58,074 nt of DNA from a virus (lineage: Duplodnaviria > Caudoviricetes), in the IMG/VR virus record IMGVR_UViG_3300020727_000860, positions 1-58,074 of that record, one strand, 5' to 3'. Both the position numbers and the translations under genes were made by a program. Under the pieces are notes generated by a model. That model was given only the letters and a program-made list of their open reading frames with translations. It ran no database searches and had not been told where the DNA came from. Shown here in pieces: positions 56,999 through 58,074 of the stretch. Within the stretch, counting starts at the first letter, position 1. The number at the start of each line of letters is the position of its first letter.

Positions 56999-57300
56999 AT
57001 AATTGAATTTAATTTTTTATCCCGAATAAACTCTAAAAATAAAGGTTCTAAATTATAAAATTTATATCCTTTTTTCGGTGTAAAATCGGGTACACCCATT
57101 TTAAAACAATTATCGTACTCCCATTGCTGTAAGATATAAGATCCTGGTTTTCCAAATAAAAAATACGTTTCCACAATTTCAATTAAATCCCATAAAGATC
57201 TAACTAGTACTTCATCTTGGATAAGATAAAGAGTGCCATCAATCATAAATGATTCATAGAAATCAATTACATCTTGTTTACAAAAATTATTCTTCATCAA
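56995..57300 (-). CDS. hypothetical protein
   Basis: Ends IRDKKLNSII. Confidence 0.6.
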   Translation of the reverse strand: MMKNNFCKQDVIDFYESFMIDGTLYLIQDEVLVRSLWDLIEIVETYFLFGKPGSYILQQWEYDNCFKMGVPDFTPKKGYKFYNLEPLFLEFIRDKKLNSII

Positions 57301-57829
57301 AAAGTGCTTCTAAAATGTTTTCTCGCCTCATAGACAATCCAGTTCCTTTTTTCCAAGTGAAACCCTTTTCACCTTCTTTTCTCCAAGAAAAACGATCCTC
57401 TCTTTTATAAGATCCATCTTCTTGTTTATAGGAACGATATGATCTAGCGGCATTAAATTTGAAAAAAGGAATTTTATATCGGTTAAAAACCGTCTCAACA
57501 GTTAATTTATCACTAAAGACAACAACTAAATCATTTCGAATCGAATCTCTGGTGATAACACCATCTTTAATCACTTTAATTAATGCTGACTGAGTTTTAC
57601 ATTGATAAATCTTGACATTAGGATATATCAAATGTAACTCGTTAGAAAATTCTGTTGCGAAATGCATATAGGATACTTTGATAAAATTAACAAACCCTTT
57701 ACTTAGACCAAATACAGAATTTTTTTGATTTTCTTCATTATAAAACTTTTTAGATAAATCAGAAACTTTTATCCAATCAATTTCATTCTGTTCTTTAAGA
57801 ACTTCTTTTCTCAGCCAATCTAAATTCAT
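57287..57829 (-). CDS. hypothetical protein
   Basis: 180 aa ending RRENILEALFDEE. Confidence 0.65.
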   Translation of the reverse strand: MNLDWLRKEVLKEQNEIDWIKVSDLSKKFYNEENQKNSVFGLSKGFVNFIKVSYMHFATEFSNELHLIYPNVKIYQCKTQSALIKVIKDGVITRDSIRNDLVVVFSDKLTVETVFNRYKIPFFKFNAARSYRSYKQEDGSYKREDRFSWRKEGEKGFTWKKGTGLSMRRENILEALFDEE

Positions 57830-57848
57830 AGAAAAATTATTTAAAAAC

Positions 57849-57880
57849 CAAATATACTATTTATTTGGCAATATAACAAA
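57849..57880 (-). promoter_or_regulatory. Bacteroidota sigma70-type promoter
   Basis: TTTG-N20-TAtaTTTG upstream of ATG 57829. Confidence 0.65.
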
Positions 57881-57947
57881 TATTTGACGAAGTATCATTT
57901 CTTCCCAATTCATTATATAAGGATTTCTAAAATCAAAACAAACTCTT

Positions 57948-58074
57948 ATGAACTACTTATCGGCTAAAGACCGATAAGTTTCGGGAGACAAGCTCCTTCT
58001 TTTTAGATGCTTCATTGCTTTTGCCTTCAGTTAGTGTGCCAATTTTAATTAGTTAGCTAATCAGGTCTTATTTT
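57948..58074 (-). mobile_element. Right part of type A mini-element, truncated by window end
   Basis: Reverse complement of 1-127. Confidence 0.8.

Overview
AT-rich 58 kb segment of a large T4-like (jumbo/huge) phage genome. TTTG-N19/20-TAnnTTTG promoters and the lack of obvious Shine-Dalgarno sites point to a Bacteroidota host. The window holds a gp32-like SSB, virion genes, an Acb1-like 2H phosphodiesterase, a ~21 kb glycosylation island, auxiliary enzymes (HU, DHFR, CoaD, CYTH, HD, Nudix, PTH2-like) and an 8-tRNA array interleaved with endonuclease genes. It also holds several non-autonomous IS200/IS605 (TnpB) mini-elements. Two genes (UDP-glucose dehydrogenase, ClpC) are fractured by split inteins, each with a free-standing endonuclease between the halves. 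The most striking signal is two leader-peptide attenuators missed by the ORF track. A Gln/Pro/Asp-rich leader plus terminator precedes the Pro/Asp/Gln tRNAs, and a poly-Gln leader plus terminator precedes the two Gln tRNAs. This suggests the phage transcribes its tRNAs on demand when ribosomes stall on the cognate codons. All calls come from reading motifs by eye; no database searches were run.
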